From contig DZDI01000004.1 in the NCBI GenBank assembly GCA_022730455.1, positions 1-55,982 on the forward strand: DNA of 55,982 bases, read 5' to 3'. The position numbers and the translations under genes were made by a program. Below the pieces are notes generated by a model. That model was not told the DNA's origin. It made no database searches and saw only the letters and a program-made list of their open reading frames with translations. The first letter of the stretch is position 1. Each line of letters opens with the position of its first letter. Source of the DNA: Phycisphaera mikurensis. Its GTDB lineage: Bacteria; Planctomycetota; Phycisphaerae; WQYP01. Shown piece by piece: positions 9,338 to 20,038 of the stretch.

Positions 9338-10906
9338 ATGAATAACGCGAAGCCGACAGTGGAAGAGACCCTCCCCATTCTGGATTTTGGATCACAGTAT
9401 GTTCAGCTTATCGCCCGGCGTGTGCGCGAGGCGGGCGTACGGGCACTTCTGGTAGACCCCGCTACCCACGCCGAAGAACTTAAAAAACTCAATCCCGTGG
9501 GGATTATTCTTTCCGGTGGCCCATCGAGCGTTTATCAGGCCGATGCCCCCCGCTGCGATGAAAACATATTCAATTTGGGTGTGCCCATTTTAGGCATTTG
9601 TTATGGCATGCAGATCGCCGCTGAGTTGCTGGGGGGCAAAGTAAAAAAGGGAAATGCAGGCGAATATGGCGCGGCGCGGCTTACGGTAGCGGCCACACCT
9701 GAAGCTGACGATTTATTTACCGGTGTGCCACCATCCACCAACGTCTGGATGAGCCACGGAGACCAGGTCAATGCACTAGGTAATGAGTTTATTTCACTGG
9801 CTGCCACGCAAACTTGTTCATTGGCGGCCATTCGACACCGCAGCCGCCCTTTTTTTGGTGTGCAATTTCATCCGGAAGTTACCCATACACCCCATGGGGG
9901 CAAGGTATTGGAAAATTTTCTCTACCGCATCTGTAAAGCTACGGGGACGTGGCGGATGAACAACTTTATGGAAACAAGCATTGAGGCCATACGTCGTCAA
10001 GTTGGCACTGGAAGAGTGATTTGCGGCCTGTCCGGCGGCGTGGATTCTGCCGTGGCTGCGGCATTGATTCATCGTGCCATCGGGCACCAACTGACATGCA
10101 TTTTTGTCGACAATGGACTGCTGCGCAAAAACGAACGGCAAAGCGTCGAATCTACTTTCCGGGATCATTTTCACATTGACCTGCGCGTGGTCGATGCCGA
10201 GGACGAATTCCTGTCTGCTCTCAAGGGCGTGACCGAACCTCAGGAAAAGCGGAAACTTATCGGCAAGGCTTTTGTGGATGTTTTCAAACGCGAGGCCCAA
10301 ACCATCCACGACGCACGCTTTTTAGCCCAAGGTACCCTGTATCCGGATGTTATTGAAAGCGGCCAGGGGTACTGGCGTACGGCGGCCAATATTAAATTGC
10401 ACCACAATGTCGGTGGACTGCCGGCCGAGCTCGGCTTTGAACTCGTTGAACCGCTGCGCGAACTCTTCAAGGATGAAGTGCGGCGGCTTGGTGAGGTGCT
10501 TGGTTTGCCCGAACCGATGGTGTGGCGCCATCCATTTCCCGGGCCGGGATTAGCCGTGCGGTGCATTGGCGAAATCACCAGAGAACGGCTTGACCTGCTC
10601 CGCGACGCAGACGAAATTTTTCTGGAAGAAGTGGTCGCGGCAGGCCTGTATCGATCCACCGCGCAGACATTTGCGGTGCTGTTGCCGGTACAGAGTGTGG
10701 CGGTTATGGGAGATGACCGCAGTTATAATCCGGTGATTGCATTGCGAAGCGTTGATTCCAGCGATTTTATGACCGCCGATTGGAGCCGCCTGCCCTATGA
10801 TCTTCTGGCGCGGGTGTCTAGCCGGATTGTAAATGAGTTGCGAACGGTCAGCCGCGTGGTTTACGACGTGACCAGCAAGCCGCCCGGCACCATTGAATGG
10901 GAATAA
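9338..10906 (+). CDS. guaA: GMP synthase (glutamine-hydrolysing)
   Basis: [51 protein letters not shown]. Confidence 0.98.
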   Translation: MNNAKPTVEETLPILDFGSQYVQLIARRVREAGVRALLVDPATHAEELKKLNPVGIILSGGPSSVYQADAPRCDENIFNLGVPILGICYGMQIAAELLGGKVKKGNAGEYGAARLTVAATPEADDLFTGVPPSTNVWMSHGDQVNALGNEFISLAATQTCSLAAIRHRSRPFFGVQFHPEVTHTPHGGKVLENFLYRICKATGTWRMNNFMETSIEAIRRQVGTGRVICGLSGGVDSAVAAALIHRAIGHQLTCIFVDNGLLRKNERQSVESTFRDHFHIDLRVVDAEDEFLSALKGVTEPQEKRKLIGKAFVDVFKREAQTIHDARFLAQGTLYPDVIESGQGYWRTAANIKLHHNVGGLPAELGFELVEPLRELFKDEVRRLGEVLGLPEPMVWRHPFPGPGLAVRCIGEITRERLDLLRDADEIFLEEVVAAGLYRSTAQTFAVLLPVQSVAVMGDDRSYNPVIALRSVDSSDFMTADWSRLPYDLLARVSSRIVNELRTVSRVVYDVTSKPPGTIEWE

Positions 10907-10909
10907 TAT

Positions 10910-11368
10910 TTGACCAGCGATTCGCCCATCCATCCTCATGACCGCCATTTACCAACTGCGGTAATTCGCAAGCGGCGGCGATTCCGGCGTATCGCCTACA
11001 TCATGCTTGCCGTGGCTCTGCTCACAGCCGCCCCCGGCTGGATTCTATACGGGGTGGCCATATGGAACGTCTTTACCCTGCGGCATTTTACTTTTCTGCA
11101 GGCTATTGCCGCCTACGGGTTATTAATTATTTCCAGTGTTGCGCTGGTGCTCGGTCTCCTGTACCTGCTGCTCGCTCAGGCCCGGCGTATGTCTCTAACC
11201 GTCGATGGCGGTGCGGATGGTGTCGACGGTCAGACCAACCCGCGCTGCGGCAACTGCGGTTGGCCTCACGACTACCCCGACCGCTTCTGCCGCCATTGCG
11301 GCAAGGCATTGGCAGGTGTTTCGAATGCAGACGGGGAAGCGACTCCGACGGGACCGCAGCGTCCATGA
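10910..11368 (+). CDS. Membrane protein with C-terminal zinc ribbon
   Basis: Two TM segments followed by CGNC-x10-CRHCG; starts 3 nt after guaA. Confidence 0.7.
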   Translation: MTSDSPIHPHDRHLPTAVIRKRRRFRRIAYIMLAVALLTAAPGWILYGVAIWNVFTLRHFTFLQAIAAYGLLIISSVALVLGLLYLLLAQARRMSLTVDGGADGVDGQTNPRCGNCGWPHDYPDRFCRHCGKALAGVSNADGEATPTGPQRP

Positions 11369-11560
11369 AATGACAATGATGGAGATGTCGGCATCGGGTC
11401 CGCATTTGAAACCCACTGATTATCGAGATGGTCGTATGGCTTATACGCCCGATACATAAGAGAGGAAACACTTACGTCGCTATCTTCTGAATCCGCAGCA
11501 AACACCAGCCGTAAGGCTGGAACCCCTGAACAACAACTGCATCCGTTTCGTCTTGTTGGC

Positions 11561-12670
11561 ATGTCGTGGTCGCACTTCCTCAATGATGGAGGAGCTTTTT
11601 TCTTGCCAGGCATCCTGCCAGCCGTCATAAGGCACCTGCATCAGCCACTCTTTATGGTGGGCCCCATTGTGGCATCGATATATATTGGCCAGATACTCCA
11701 GCCACTGTTTGGAATTCTGGCCGATCATTTTGGCGGCAAACTCTTCGTGATATCGGGTTTAGTACTCTGCGTGGGAACCGCGTCGCTGATTGGTCTGTCT
11801 CCGAATGTCTGGATTCTCATTGGATTGGTGCTGCTTTCAGGACTTGGCAGTACAGCCTATCATCCCCAGGCTCTGGCGGCGGCGCGTTCAATCTCCGGGC
11901 GACGGCACGCACAGGGAATGGCGGTGTTCCTGGTAGGTGGGGAATTGGGGAGGGGATGCTGGCCTTTGCTGGCGAGCCTGATCGTGGTACATCTTGGACT
12001 GGCTCGCCTGTGGCTTATTGCCATTCCAACAGCGATGACGATTCCGTGGTTGCTGCGTATTGTTCCCACGCAGCCCGCCAGACCACTCAGCCGAGGCTCC
12101 ATATCCATTCGTGCTCATCTCAAGCCATTTCTGATCCTCGTTGGTTTTTCCGCGTTTCGTAATTTTGCGGTCTTCGGCGCAATCGCATTTATACCCATTA
12201 TGTGGCACCTGCGCGGCGGCAGCCTGATCCAGGGCGCCGGCATCCTAACCACACTGCTGGTCACCGGAATTATTGGTCAAATGGCGGGTGGCACGGCAGC
12301 CGATAAGTGGGGACGACGGCATGTGCTAATGGCATCAAGCGCAGCCATGCTGGTGCTTCTACCGGTATTACCGCATCTGGGCGGCGCGTGGCTTTATATT
12401 GTCGCCGGACTGCTCGGAATCGCCTGTTTCAGTACATACTCCAGCACACTGATCATCGGCCAGGACATCTTTCCGGAAAATCGAGCCATGGGATCGGGCA
12501 TTGCCCTGGGTTTTTCCAATGCCATTGGCGCCATAGGGCTTTTTCCACTTGGATATGTGGCGGCCACCATGGGAATCGATACCGTATTTAATTTCCTCAC
12601 CATCGCCTGCGTAGGCATGCTGCTTATGAGCCTTACCTTCACACGTAGAGCCCATCCGGCGATGCATTAA
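11561..12670 (+). CDS. MFS transporter (Fsr-like)
   Basis: HFLND, QPLFGILAD, AYHPQA, ADKWGRR; many TM helices; true N-terminus probably lies upstream of this ATG. Confidence 0.9.
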   Translation: MSWSHFLNDGGAFFLPGILPAVIRHLHQPLFMVGPIVASIYIGQILQPLFGILADHFGGKLFVISGLVLCVGTASLIGLSPNVWILIGLVLLSGLGSTAYHPQALAAARSISGRRHAQGMAVFLVGGELGRGCWPLLASLIVVHLGLARLWLIAIPTAMTIPWLLRIVPTQPARPLSRGSISIRAHLKPFLILVGFSAFRNFAVFGAIAFIPIMWHLRGGSLIQGAGILTTLLVTGIIGQMAGGTAADKWGRRHVLMASSAAMLVLLPVLPHLGGAWLYIVAGLLGIACFSTYSSTLIIGQDIFPENRAMGSGIALGFSNAIGAIGLFPLGYVAATMGIDTVFNFLTIACVGMLLMSLTFTRRAHPAMH

Positions 12671-12949
12671 ATTTTACATATATTATCAACTCTATTTCAA
12701 TGACTGTGATTGCCGGAGCGTGATTTTTCAGCGCCAGTCGCTAACTTACTCCAAACATCGTATGTCCAATCGGTTTATAAATCGTTACGAAACCGTTAGG
12801 GACAAGAATAAAGCCCACTGCTATCACAGACTGCACCATTACCTAGCGCAGTTCTAACAATTGGAAACATAATCCCGTCTGACGCAAAGAGATATTCGTC
12901 AGGCGAACCTGTCGAAGTCTAAATGGATAGCTTTTTAGGAGAACAAGCT

Positions 12950-14467
12950 ATGATCCCAGAGAACCGCAAGTTTCCACATCGTGCTGCCATATTTACAGCG
13001 GCGATGTCCATGAGCGTGTCGGCAGCATGTTTTGCCGCCGCTCCAATCCCGCAGGCTGCCACCCGGCCAACGGCCGCTCAGCTTGAGACCGAAATTCAGG
13101 CTTTACAGAATCAAGTAAAGGCCTTGCAAAGCGGTCAGAATCATGTACGGCAATCGGAGGAATCAGCCGCCCAGGTGCGACAAATCGTCAAACGGGTGCT
13201 TTCCGACGCCAAAACACGGTCCCATTCCATGGGCAACGCCTTGGAAGCGGGATACAACAACGGCTTTTTTATCCAGAGTGCAAATAAAGAATTCAATCTG
13301 ACGATCAATGGTTACCTGCAATACCGCTACACTTGGTCGCAGGCTCAGGCTGGCAACAATGTTACGGCCACCGGCAGTCCGATTCCGTCATCTGACACCG
13401 GTAATTCCAATGGTTTCGACGCCCGCCGGGCCCGGTTAATTCTTTCCGGCTATGCTTTCAAGAATATTATTTATTCAATCTCGGGTGATTTCGCCAGCGG
13501 CAGCGGGCTGGGCAACAGTTTTCAAATCCTGGATACCTGGATTGGTTACGAATTCAATCCGGGACTGATGATTCGCACCGGGTCCATGCTGGTGCCATTT
13601 ACACACGTTGAATATTACAGCTCCGGCACGGAATTTCCGGAATTTGCCGCCTGTGAAGCGCCATTTGATCCGGTCCGCTCATTGGCCCTGGACGTTTCAG
13701 GCAACCTGGACCAGAACAAGCTCTTTTATGACGCCCAGATCAACAACGGATCCAAAGCCAATAACCTCGACGGCAGCAGCAACGTGAGCGCTTCGACCAA
13801 CCTTGATAACCGCCTGGGTTTTTATGCACGCGTGCAGTATGCGGGCGCCGGTACGAATGCCGATTTCACCGATTCACCCGATGTGTCATGGCACAAGCAT
13901 CTGGTATGGGCGATCGGTGCCGCCATGGGCTATGAAACCCAGAATTCATCGTCTGGTGTATACCCAGCCCCTCAGAGTTCCCTCGCGCTTGCTGGCTTGG
14001 CCACACCCAACAACGGGTATCTCGGCGGAGTTGTAGCCAGCGGATCGCTGTATCGTGCCACCGTGGACGCCCATATGAAGTATCGTGGCTTAGCGTTAAA
14101 TGGGGCCGTCTTTTATCAGAATTATAATGCGGCCACACCCGGTGCAGGTGGCAGCACCGCTTTGCTGTACAAAACCTATGGCACCGGCAGCGTTTGGCAG
14201 TTGGGCGCCTACGGCGAAGCTGGCTATTTCATCGTACCGCACAAATGGGAATTGGCCGCCCGCATTGGCGATCTGACGACTGACGGTCAAGGCAAACAGT
14301 CGATGGAATACACGGCTGGCGTAAACTACTACATCTTCGGTGAAAATGCCAAGATACAAGCTGCCTTTACCTACTTGCCCAATGCGGCGTACACCAGCCC
14401 GAATATTGGCTCAAACGCCAACACCCAGGACTTTATTTCGCAGGTGCAGTTGCAGGTGAAGTTCTAG
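12950..14467 (+). CDS. Outer-membrane porin, OprO/OprP (phosphate-selective)-like
   Basis: AGGAG RBS; signal peptide, coiled coil, AGYNNGFFIQS...INGYLQYRY, FDARRARL, terminal beta-strand QLQVKF. Confidence 0.8.
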   Translation: MIPENRKFPHRAAIFTAAMSMSVSAACFAAAPIPQAATRPTAAQLETEIQALQNQVKALQSGQNHVRQSEESAAQVRQIVKRVLSDAKTRSHSMGNALEAGYNNGFFIQSANKEFNLTINGYLQYRYTWSQAQAGNNVTATGSPIPSSDTGNSNGFDARRARLILSGYAFKNIIYSISGDFASGSGLGNSFQILDTWIGYEFNPGLMIRTGSMLVPFTHVEYYSSGTEFPEFAACEAPFDPVRSLALDVSGNLDQNKLFYDAQINNGSKANNLDGSSNVSASTNLDNRLGFYARVQYAGAGTNADFTDSPDVSWHKHLVWAIGAAMGYETQNSSSGVYPAPQSSLALAGLATPNNGYLGGVVASGSLYRATVDAHMKYRGLALNGAVFYQNYNAATPGAGGSTALLYKTYGTGSVWQLGAYGEAGYFIVPHKWELAARIGDLTTDGQGKQSMEYTAGVNYYIFGENAKIQAAFTYLPNAAYTSPNIGSNANTQDFISQVQLQVKF

Positions 14468-14518
14468 GTAGACATGCCTCCGGCTGGCATCGCCGCAAAC
14501 AAGCTGAAAACTCTCCCC

Positions 14519-14552
14519 GGGCGGGCCAAAATGGCCCGCCCTCTTTTATTTT
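14519..14552 (+). terminator. Intrinsic terminator of the porin gene
   Basis: GGGCGGGCCA-loop-TGGCCCGCCC followed by TCTTTTATTTT. Confidence 0.85.
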
Positions 14553-14607
14553 GTACGTCATAACACCGGCCGCTCATTATCGGTGTCATCAATTTCCGGA
14601 ACCAATG

Positions 14608-14703
14608 AAAAAAGCTGGTGATCGATAGCGATCACCAGCCTTCGTGGGGGAGAAGGAAGGAACTTACGTCTCGCAAGGCCGTGGGAAACCTCGCAAGACA
14701 CCC
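14608..14703 (-). ncRNA. Candidate trans-acting sRNA
   Basis: 11-bp stem GUCUUGCGAGG/CCUUGCGAGAC, single-stranded UUCCUUCCUUCUCCCCCAC, terminator GCUGGUGAUCG/CGAUCACCAGC plus U6, upstream ECF-type promoter. Confidence 0.65.
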
Positions 14704-14705
14704 TC

Positions 14706-14734
14706 TACTACGCCGCGCGGGAAAGGAAGGTTCA
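14706..14734 (-). promoter_or_regulatory. ECF-sigma-type promoter of the candidate sRNA
   Basis: TGAAC-N17-CGTAGTA matches the AAC...CGT ECF consensus. Confidence 0.55.
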
Positions 14735-15094
14735 TACAACTTCTAAAATTATCGGTCTGTAACCATGAAGGCCCAGCATCCATGCTTTTGACACGCCCGG
14801 ACCAGCCGTGAATGTCAGATAACAAAGGCTTGCCAGACTAAACTGGCCCTTTAGGAGTCTGTCCCAGCTTCCAAATTCAGCTTATCAGACGGTACCGGAG
14901 TAAAATCCGCCCAATTTTTTCTGAATGAACTCCCACTGCATTCCGATAGATAAGGCGGGAGATGGAGAAACAATTTGGGTTACTCATCGCAGCGACGCCT
15001 ATCTGCTCGCCGATGACCCTTGGTGAAAAAAATCAGATTACCCTCCGAGACGGACAGCCCATTTGTTTCAAGCCCGATCTGGGAGGTTTTTTGA

Positions 15095-15862
15095 ATGAGA
15101 AAGGCGCCTATGCGTTCCAAAATCCAGAAATTGAATCGTGGCTTCACCCTGATTGAACTTCTCGTGGTCATTGCAATCGTGGCTATAATGGTATCGCTGC
15201 TGCTGCCCGCTCTGGCCGCCAGCCGCAATCTGGCCCAGCGCGCCAGTTGTGCCGCCCAGTTGCATTCTCTGGGCCAAGCCTTCGCCATCTATGCGGATAC
15301 GTATAACAACCAATACCCGGTCAATTCAGAATATGGACTTCCGTTTGAGTATATGGTCAACGGCTACAACAATGTCACTCAAAATTGGAACCCGGCAGGA
15401 TTCAGTCTGTTATACACCTCTGGGACGCTGACGGTTCCACAGATGTTCTACTGCCCGCAATCCGGCTACTACGGCCCAGCCAGTGCGGTCAACGGAACGT
15501 ATCTGCCAACTTTGGTAGACAAAGGGTATACCATCGATTGGATGAATATTGCCTATAGCTATTGCTACTACTACACGCCCAAGACGCAGAATAACTTGTG
15601 GGGTCGAGACACCGACACGCCGCAAATTCAATTCAGCAGCGGCCCAGATGCTTCAAACAACACTATATTGGCGGGTGATACGACCTTGGCTGTCTTCAAC
15701 TCTTTTGACTGGCCCAGCAGCCCCGCTTCTAACCATATGGATATCGGTAAGACTCCTGCGGGTGGTAACGAGCTTTACAACGATGGCTCGGTACGCTGGC
15801 ATAACTTCAGCCAAATGCATGTTGGTTATAGCTGGCTCGGCATATTGAATTTTTATCAATGA
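15095..15862 (+). CDS. Prepilin-type N-terminal cleavage protein, DUF1559/H-X9-DG family
   Basis: [26 protein letters not shown]; MFYCP; NH...[13 protein letters not shown]; GGAGG RBS. Confidence 0.9.
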   Translation: MRKAPMRSKIQKLNRGFTLIELLVVIAIVAIMVSLLLPALAASRNLAQRASCAAQLHSLGQAFAIYADTYNNQYPVNSEYGLPFEYMVNGYNNVTQNWNPAGFSLLYTSGTLTVPQMFYCPQSGYYGPASAVNGTYLPTLVDKGYTIDWMNIAYSYCYYYTPKTQNNLWGRDTDTPQIQFSSGPDASNNTILAGDTTLAVFNSFDWPSSPASNHMDIGKTPAGGNELYNDGSVRWHNFSQMHVGYSWLGILNFYQ

Positions 15863-15895
15863 TGACGCTAATCTTTTAACAGTGGCAGGCATGGA

Positions 15896-15931
15896 CACCG
15901 GTCGCCAATTCAGCGCGGCCGGTGCTTTTTT
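15896..15931 (+). terminator. Intrinsic terminator
   Basis: CACCGGTCGC...GCGGCCGGTG followed by a T-run. Confidence 0.75.
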
Positions 15932-16002
15932 CATCCGGGTAAAAACACCATGCACAGTCGATGTTCACCTGCGGGATGAACAACCATCAGCCGAAACCAT
16001 TC

Positions 16003-16860
16003 TCATGGCTGATATTCGTGACACGGTGCAGGATAAGTACGCCCCTTGACGGCGTCGCGGTATTGTGCGGCTGCAGTCGCGACATGCGACGGCACGTTAC
16101 CCATGACGGGTGCAAACCGTGGCGGTTTAGCATTAAATCCAAGCAGGTCGGTCACCACTACGACGTGCCCATGGCAGCTTATACCGGCACCGCAGCCGAT
16201 CACCGGGCAATCAACCTTTGCCACGACACGCGCTCCCAGTGTGGCTGGAACCGCCTCAAGCAAAATCAGCGAGGCCCCGGCCTTTCGGGCATCCTGGGCT
16301 AAAGCGATAATCTCGGCCGCCTCCGACTCGGCTCGACCGTGGACACGATACCCTTTGGGATGCGATACATGCTGTGGCAACAATCCCAGATGGGCGCACA
16401 CAGGGACGCCGGCCTCCGTCAGGGCTGAAATAATATTTAATTGCTCCGGTAAAATTTCACACTTCACCGCGCTGGCACCAGCATTGATTAAACGGCGTGC
16501 ATTAACAACGGCGGCGGACGGAGTATCATAACTGCCGTCGGGCATGTCCCCCATCACCATGGCGCGGACGGTGCCACGTCCGACGGCCGCTGTCACTTCG
16601 ACCATGAAATCCATTGGAACACCGCGGGTGGTAGGTAACCCCAGCAGTGTGGTGGCAACTGAATCACCAACCAGGAGGATATCGATGCCGACCTCGTCGA
16701 GCACCCGGGCGGTCAGATAGTCGTAGCAGGTGAGCATGGAGATCGGCTCATCTTGGCGTACCATTTCGCATAGTGATTCCACACTGATGCGCAGTGGGCG
16801 GCCCATTTTGCTTTCGTCCGATGGGCGTACCGAAGAAGATTCGTTTGCGTCAGACATCAT
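16003..16860 (-). CDS. panB: 3-methyl-2-oxobutanoate hydroxymethyltransferase
   Basis: [31 protein letters not shown]; start moved to an ATG downstream of the uppS stop. Confidence 0.93.
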   Translation of the reverse strand: MMSDANESSSVRPSDESKMGRPLRISVESLCEMVRQDEPISMLTCYDYLTARVLDEVGIDILLVGDSVATTLLGLPTTRGVPMDFMVEVTAAVGRGTVRAMVMGDMPDGSYDTPSAAVVNARRLINAGASAVKCEILPEQLNIISALTEAGVPVCAHLGLLPQHVSHPKGYRVHGRAESEAAEIIALAQDARKAGASLILLEAVPATLGARVVAKVDCPVIGCGAGISCHGHVVVVTDLLGFNAKPPRFAPVMGNVPSHVATAAAQYRDAVKGRTYPAPCHEYQP

Positions 16861-16885
16861 GATAGAGTCGCAGGCTCCAAGTGGA

Positions 16886-17674
16886 TTACACGGATTCCAG
16901 TCCGCCAAATCGGCGCTGCCGTTTTCCGTATGCCTCGATGGCCAAATCCAGATCCGCGGAGCGAAATTCCGGCCAGCAGACATCGGTCACGTAAAGTTCC
17001 GCATAGCTGATCTGCCAAAGAAGATAATTGCTGACGCGCATTTCGCCAGCCGTACGAATGAGCAAATCCGGGTCGGGCATGCCAGCGGTATATAAATGCG
17101 CCGCGATAGTTTCGGGGCCAATATCCTCCGGGTGCAATCGGCCCGCCTGCACTTCGCCTGCAATCTCACGCACCGCATCGGTGATTTCCGTACGCGCCCC
17201 ATAATTAACAGCCAGACATAGCGTCATACCCGTATTGTGATCCAGTAACGCCGTAGTTTGGTCAATCTCACGCAGCACTGCGTCCGGCAGGCCGTTCCGC
17301 CGTCCGATTTGACGGAAGCGAATGTTATTTTTATTCATTAATTCCCGCTCACTCACCAGGTATTGGGCGTACAGATGCATTAGTTCATTGACTTCCGTCG
17401 TCGGGCGGCTCCAATTTTCAATGGAGAAACTGTATAGCGTGAGCTGTTTGAGGTGCAGTCGGGCACAATGCTCAATAATTTCACGGGCCGTTTTGGCACC
17501 GGCCCGGTGCCCGAAGGTGCGCTGCTTTCCCTGGCGTTTCGCCCATCGTCCATTGCCGTCCATAATGATGGCGATGTGCTTGGGTGAGACGTTTTCCACC
17601 ACTGATGCCGTCGTGCTGGGTTGCAAACTGGCGGCAGACGGCGGAATCGTTATGGGCGGGTCCGGACTCATCAT
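16886..17674 (-). CDS. uppS: Undecaprenyl-diphosphate synthase (cis-isoprenyltransferase)
   Basis: [49 protein letters not shown]. Confidence 0.97.
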   Translation of the reverse strand: MMSPDPPITIPPSAASLQPSTTASVVENVSPKHIAIIMDGNGRWAKRQGKQRTFGHRAGAKTAREIIEHCARLHLKQLTLYSFSIENWSRPTTEVNELMHLYAQYLVSERELMNKNNIRFRQIGRRNGLPDAVLREIDQTTALLDHNTGMTLCLAVNYGARTEITDAVREIAGEVQAGRLHPEDIGPETIAAHLYTAGMPDPDLLIRTAGEMRVSNYLLWQISYAELYVTDVCWPEFRSADLDLAIEAYGKRQRRFGGLESV

Positions 17675-17711
17675 CTCCTGATTATACGGCTTTTGCGCCG
17701 TACCGGCACAG

Positions 17712-19010
17712 TTACCCCAACATCAAGGTTTGATCGCGACCGGGACCAACGCTCACCATTTGTACCGGTACACCCACATGTTCTTCAATAAAGCCGATAT
17801 ATGCCCTGGCCTCTTTCGGTAACGCGTCGGCACTGTGAACCAGATTCAATTCATCATGCCAGCCCGGCAAGGTGTGATAAATCGGTTGAACATGTGAGAG
17901 TTCAATGGCATCAGCCGGGAATTCATCGGTATTGCCATCGGGTGTGGCGTACTGAACACAAACGTTTATCTCATCAAACGAAGACAGAACGTCCAGCAAC
18001 ATGATGCACAAGCCCGTAGCACCGGTGACTGAGGCCGCATAGCGGACCGCAACCAAATCAAGCCATCCGCACCGACGTGGCCGCCCGGTTGTTGTACCAA
18101 ATTCCCGGCCGCGTTGGCGAATTTTTTCGCCATTGATGTTTACCTGTTCGGTCGGGAATGGTCCCCCCCCCACGCGTGAACTGTACGCCTTCACCACTCC
18201 CAATACCCGGCCAATTGCCTGGGGAGGCACGCCGGTGCCCACACACACACCCGTGCCGCAATTGCTGCTGGTGACAAATGGAAAAGTGCCGTGATCTAAA
18301 TCGAGTAATGTTGCATTAGCCCCTTCAAAGAGAACCCTTTTTGCACTGGCCATGGCCTGATGCAACAAGGTTGTCGTGTTGCATACCAGAGGTTTGAGTC
18401 GCTGGCCAAGCGGAACGTACTCTTCAAAGATCGGTCGCCAATCCATTGGTGCACTTCCAAAAAGGGCTTGAAAGATGGAATTTTTTTCTGGCACGATGTG
18501 CGCTAGGCGACTGCGCAGACGCTCGGGATCAATGAGGTCCGCCATCCGAACGGCAAAATGCCGCGAGGCTTTATCCGCATAGCATGGTCCAATGCCGCGG
18601 GCGGTGGTACCAATTTTTTTATCACCGAGCTTTTCTTCCGCAAGTCTATCCTGCAGACTGTGATAGGGCATTACCACATGGGCCTGAGATGAAATTTTTA
18701 AGTTGTTTTCAAACGTGATACCTCGCTGCTGGAGGCTATCGATTTCGCAGATCAATTGTACGGGATCGATCACAACACCGTTGGCCAGAACTGATATGCA
18801 TTGCGGGCGGAGAATCGCACTGGGAATAAGATGAAACGCATATTTTTGATCCCCAACCTGCACACTGTGACCGGCATTGCTGCCACCATTCCAGCGGACG
18901 GCCAGATCGAAATGTTCGCTGAGAATATCGACGATCTTACCTTTACCCTCATCTCCCCACTGCAAGCCGACCACCGAGGTATGCTGATCACAAAGTTTTG
19001 TTATATCCAT
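17712..19010 (-). CDS. purA: Adenylosuccinate synthetase
   Basis: GLQWGDEGKGK, GTTARGIGPCYADK, EFGTTTGRPRRCGWLD. Confidence 0.98.
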   Translation of the reverse strand: MDITKLCDQHTSVVGLQWGDEGKGKIVDILSEHFDLAVRWNGGSNAGHSVQVGDQKYAFHLIPSAILRPQCISVLANGVVIDPVQLICEIDSLQQRGITFENNLKISSQAHVVMPYHSLQDRLAEEKLGDKKIGTTARGIGPCYADKASRHFAVRMADLIDPERLRSRLAHIVPEKNSIFQALFGSAPMDWRPIFEEYVPLGQRLKPLVCNTTTLLHQAMASAKRVLFEGANATLLDLDHGTFPFVTSSNCGTGVCVGTGVPPQAIGRVLGVVKAYSSRVGGGPFPTEQVNINGEKIRQRGREFGTTTGRPRRCGWLDLVAVRYAASVTGATGLCIMLLDVLSSFDEINVCVQYATPDGNTDEFPADAIELSHVQPIYHTLPGWHDELNLVHSADALPKEARAYIGFIEEHVGVPVQMVSVGPGRDQTLMLG

Positions 19011-19254
19011 GCGTGCTGCATTCCTGCCTTACCAGACCTAATACCCGCGCTTGGGCAAGCCATTGAACATAACCTTGGTCTGGTAACAATTCAATGCGGT
19101 TCGAAAGCGGCAAAGACATAGCGTGCACGAGCGGTTGCCAACCACCCGCAGATCAGCGGCGGCTACCGGCTCCGACGAGCCGCCCCGCACATACCGATAC
19201 ACATAACGGACCGATATCAATCGCGTTTTGCTTGATTCGTATGCGCGATTCTCG

Positions 19255-19854
19255 TCAGATATTAAAGTTGACCAATTGCTCCATAGGATGCAACCCATCG
19301 TTGGCAGGTTCGCCGTGTCCTATCCCGCCGCTGGCGCCGATGTCAACGTCAGGAATATTTCCGGCTCTGGAGGCAAGCATGCGATCTGCCACGGTGCGGA
19401 CTTCGATTTCCATCGGGCAATTTTCATTGCCGTAGTCAAGACACTGTTCAAAATATTTCCTCAGGAAAGCCTGTACGCCCCCACTGCGTTCAATCTGCAG
19501 CGCGTGCGCCAATTTATGCAAAATAATTTTCGCCTGGTCCGGCGCATGCGTTTTGATCAAAATCGTCCGGCCACAGATAAAAGACTCTGTTCTGGAGGTG
19601 AGGATACGCAACTGTTCGGCCAAGTGTTTGAGTTCCGCCGGCGGTTCGGGCAGTCTTTCGACTATCGCAACCCGAATTTTATCGGGCTGGGAGATGCCCA
19701 TGGCAATGGCGTCGGCTGTTTCATCCTGCGTCAATGGGCGGCTGAAATTCCATAAATCCTTCTCCACCGAAGTGACCCAATGCGATGCCAATGGTACGAT
19801 GGTGGGCAACATTTTGTGCAATACCGCCGGATTTATCATTTTTATATCCCTCAA
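19255..19854 (-). CDS. Hypothetical protein, DUF4157/zincin-like with degenerate HExxH
   Basis: RPLTQDE...IILHKLAHALQIERSGG...FLRKY...GNENCPMEIE pattern. Confidence 0.55.
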   Translation of the reverse strand: MRDIKMINPAVLHKMLPTIVPLASHWVTSVEKDLWNFSRPLTQDETADAIAMGISQPDKIRVAIVERLPEPPAELKHLAEQLRILTSRTESFICGRTILIKTHAPDQAKIILHKLAHALQIERSGGVQAFLRKYFEQCLDYGNENCPMEIEVRTVADRMLASRAGNIPDVDIGASGGIGHGEPANDGLHPMEQLVNFNI

Positions 19855-20038
19855 CTTTTAACCCGCCAGATTTGGATACGTATGGGATATCGGCACGTGA
19901 TAAGGCAGTTGATGACGCAATTCGAATCAAACGGGCTTATAGGAGCCTGTCTCGGTGAACTGGGACCGAATAGAAAAGGGCCATTAGAATCGCCTATAAT
20001 GGCGTGCGGAATAGCTCGGATGTTTTGGAGTATGGAAT

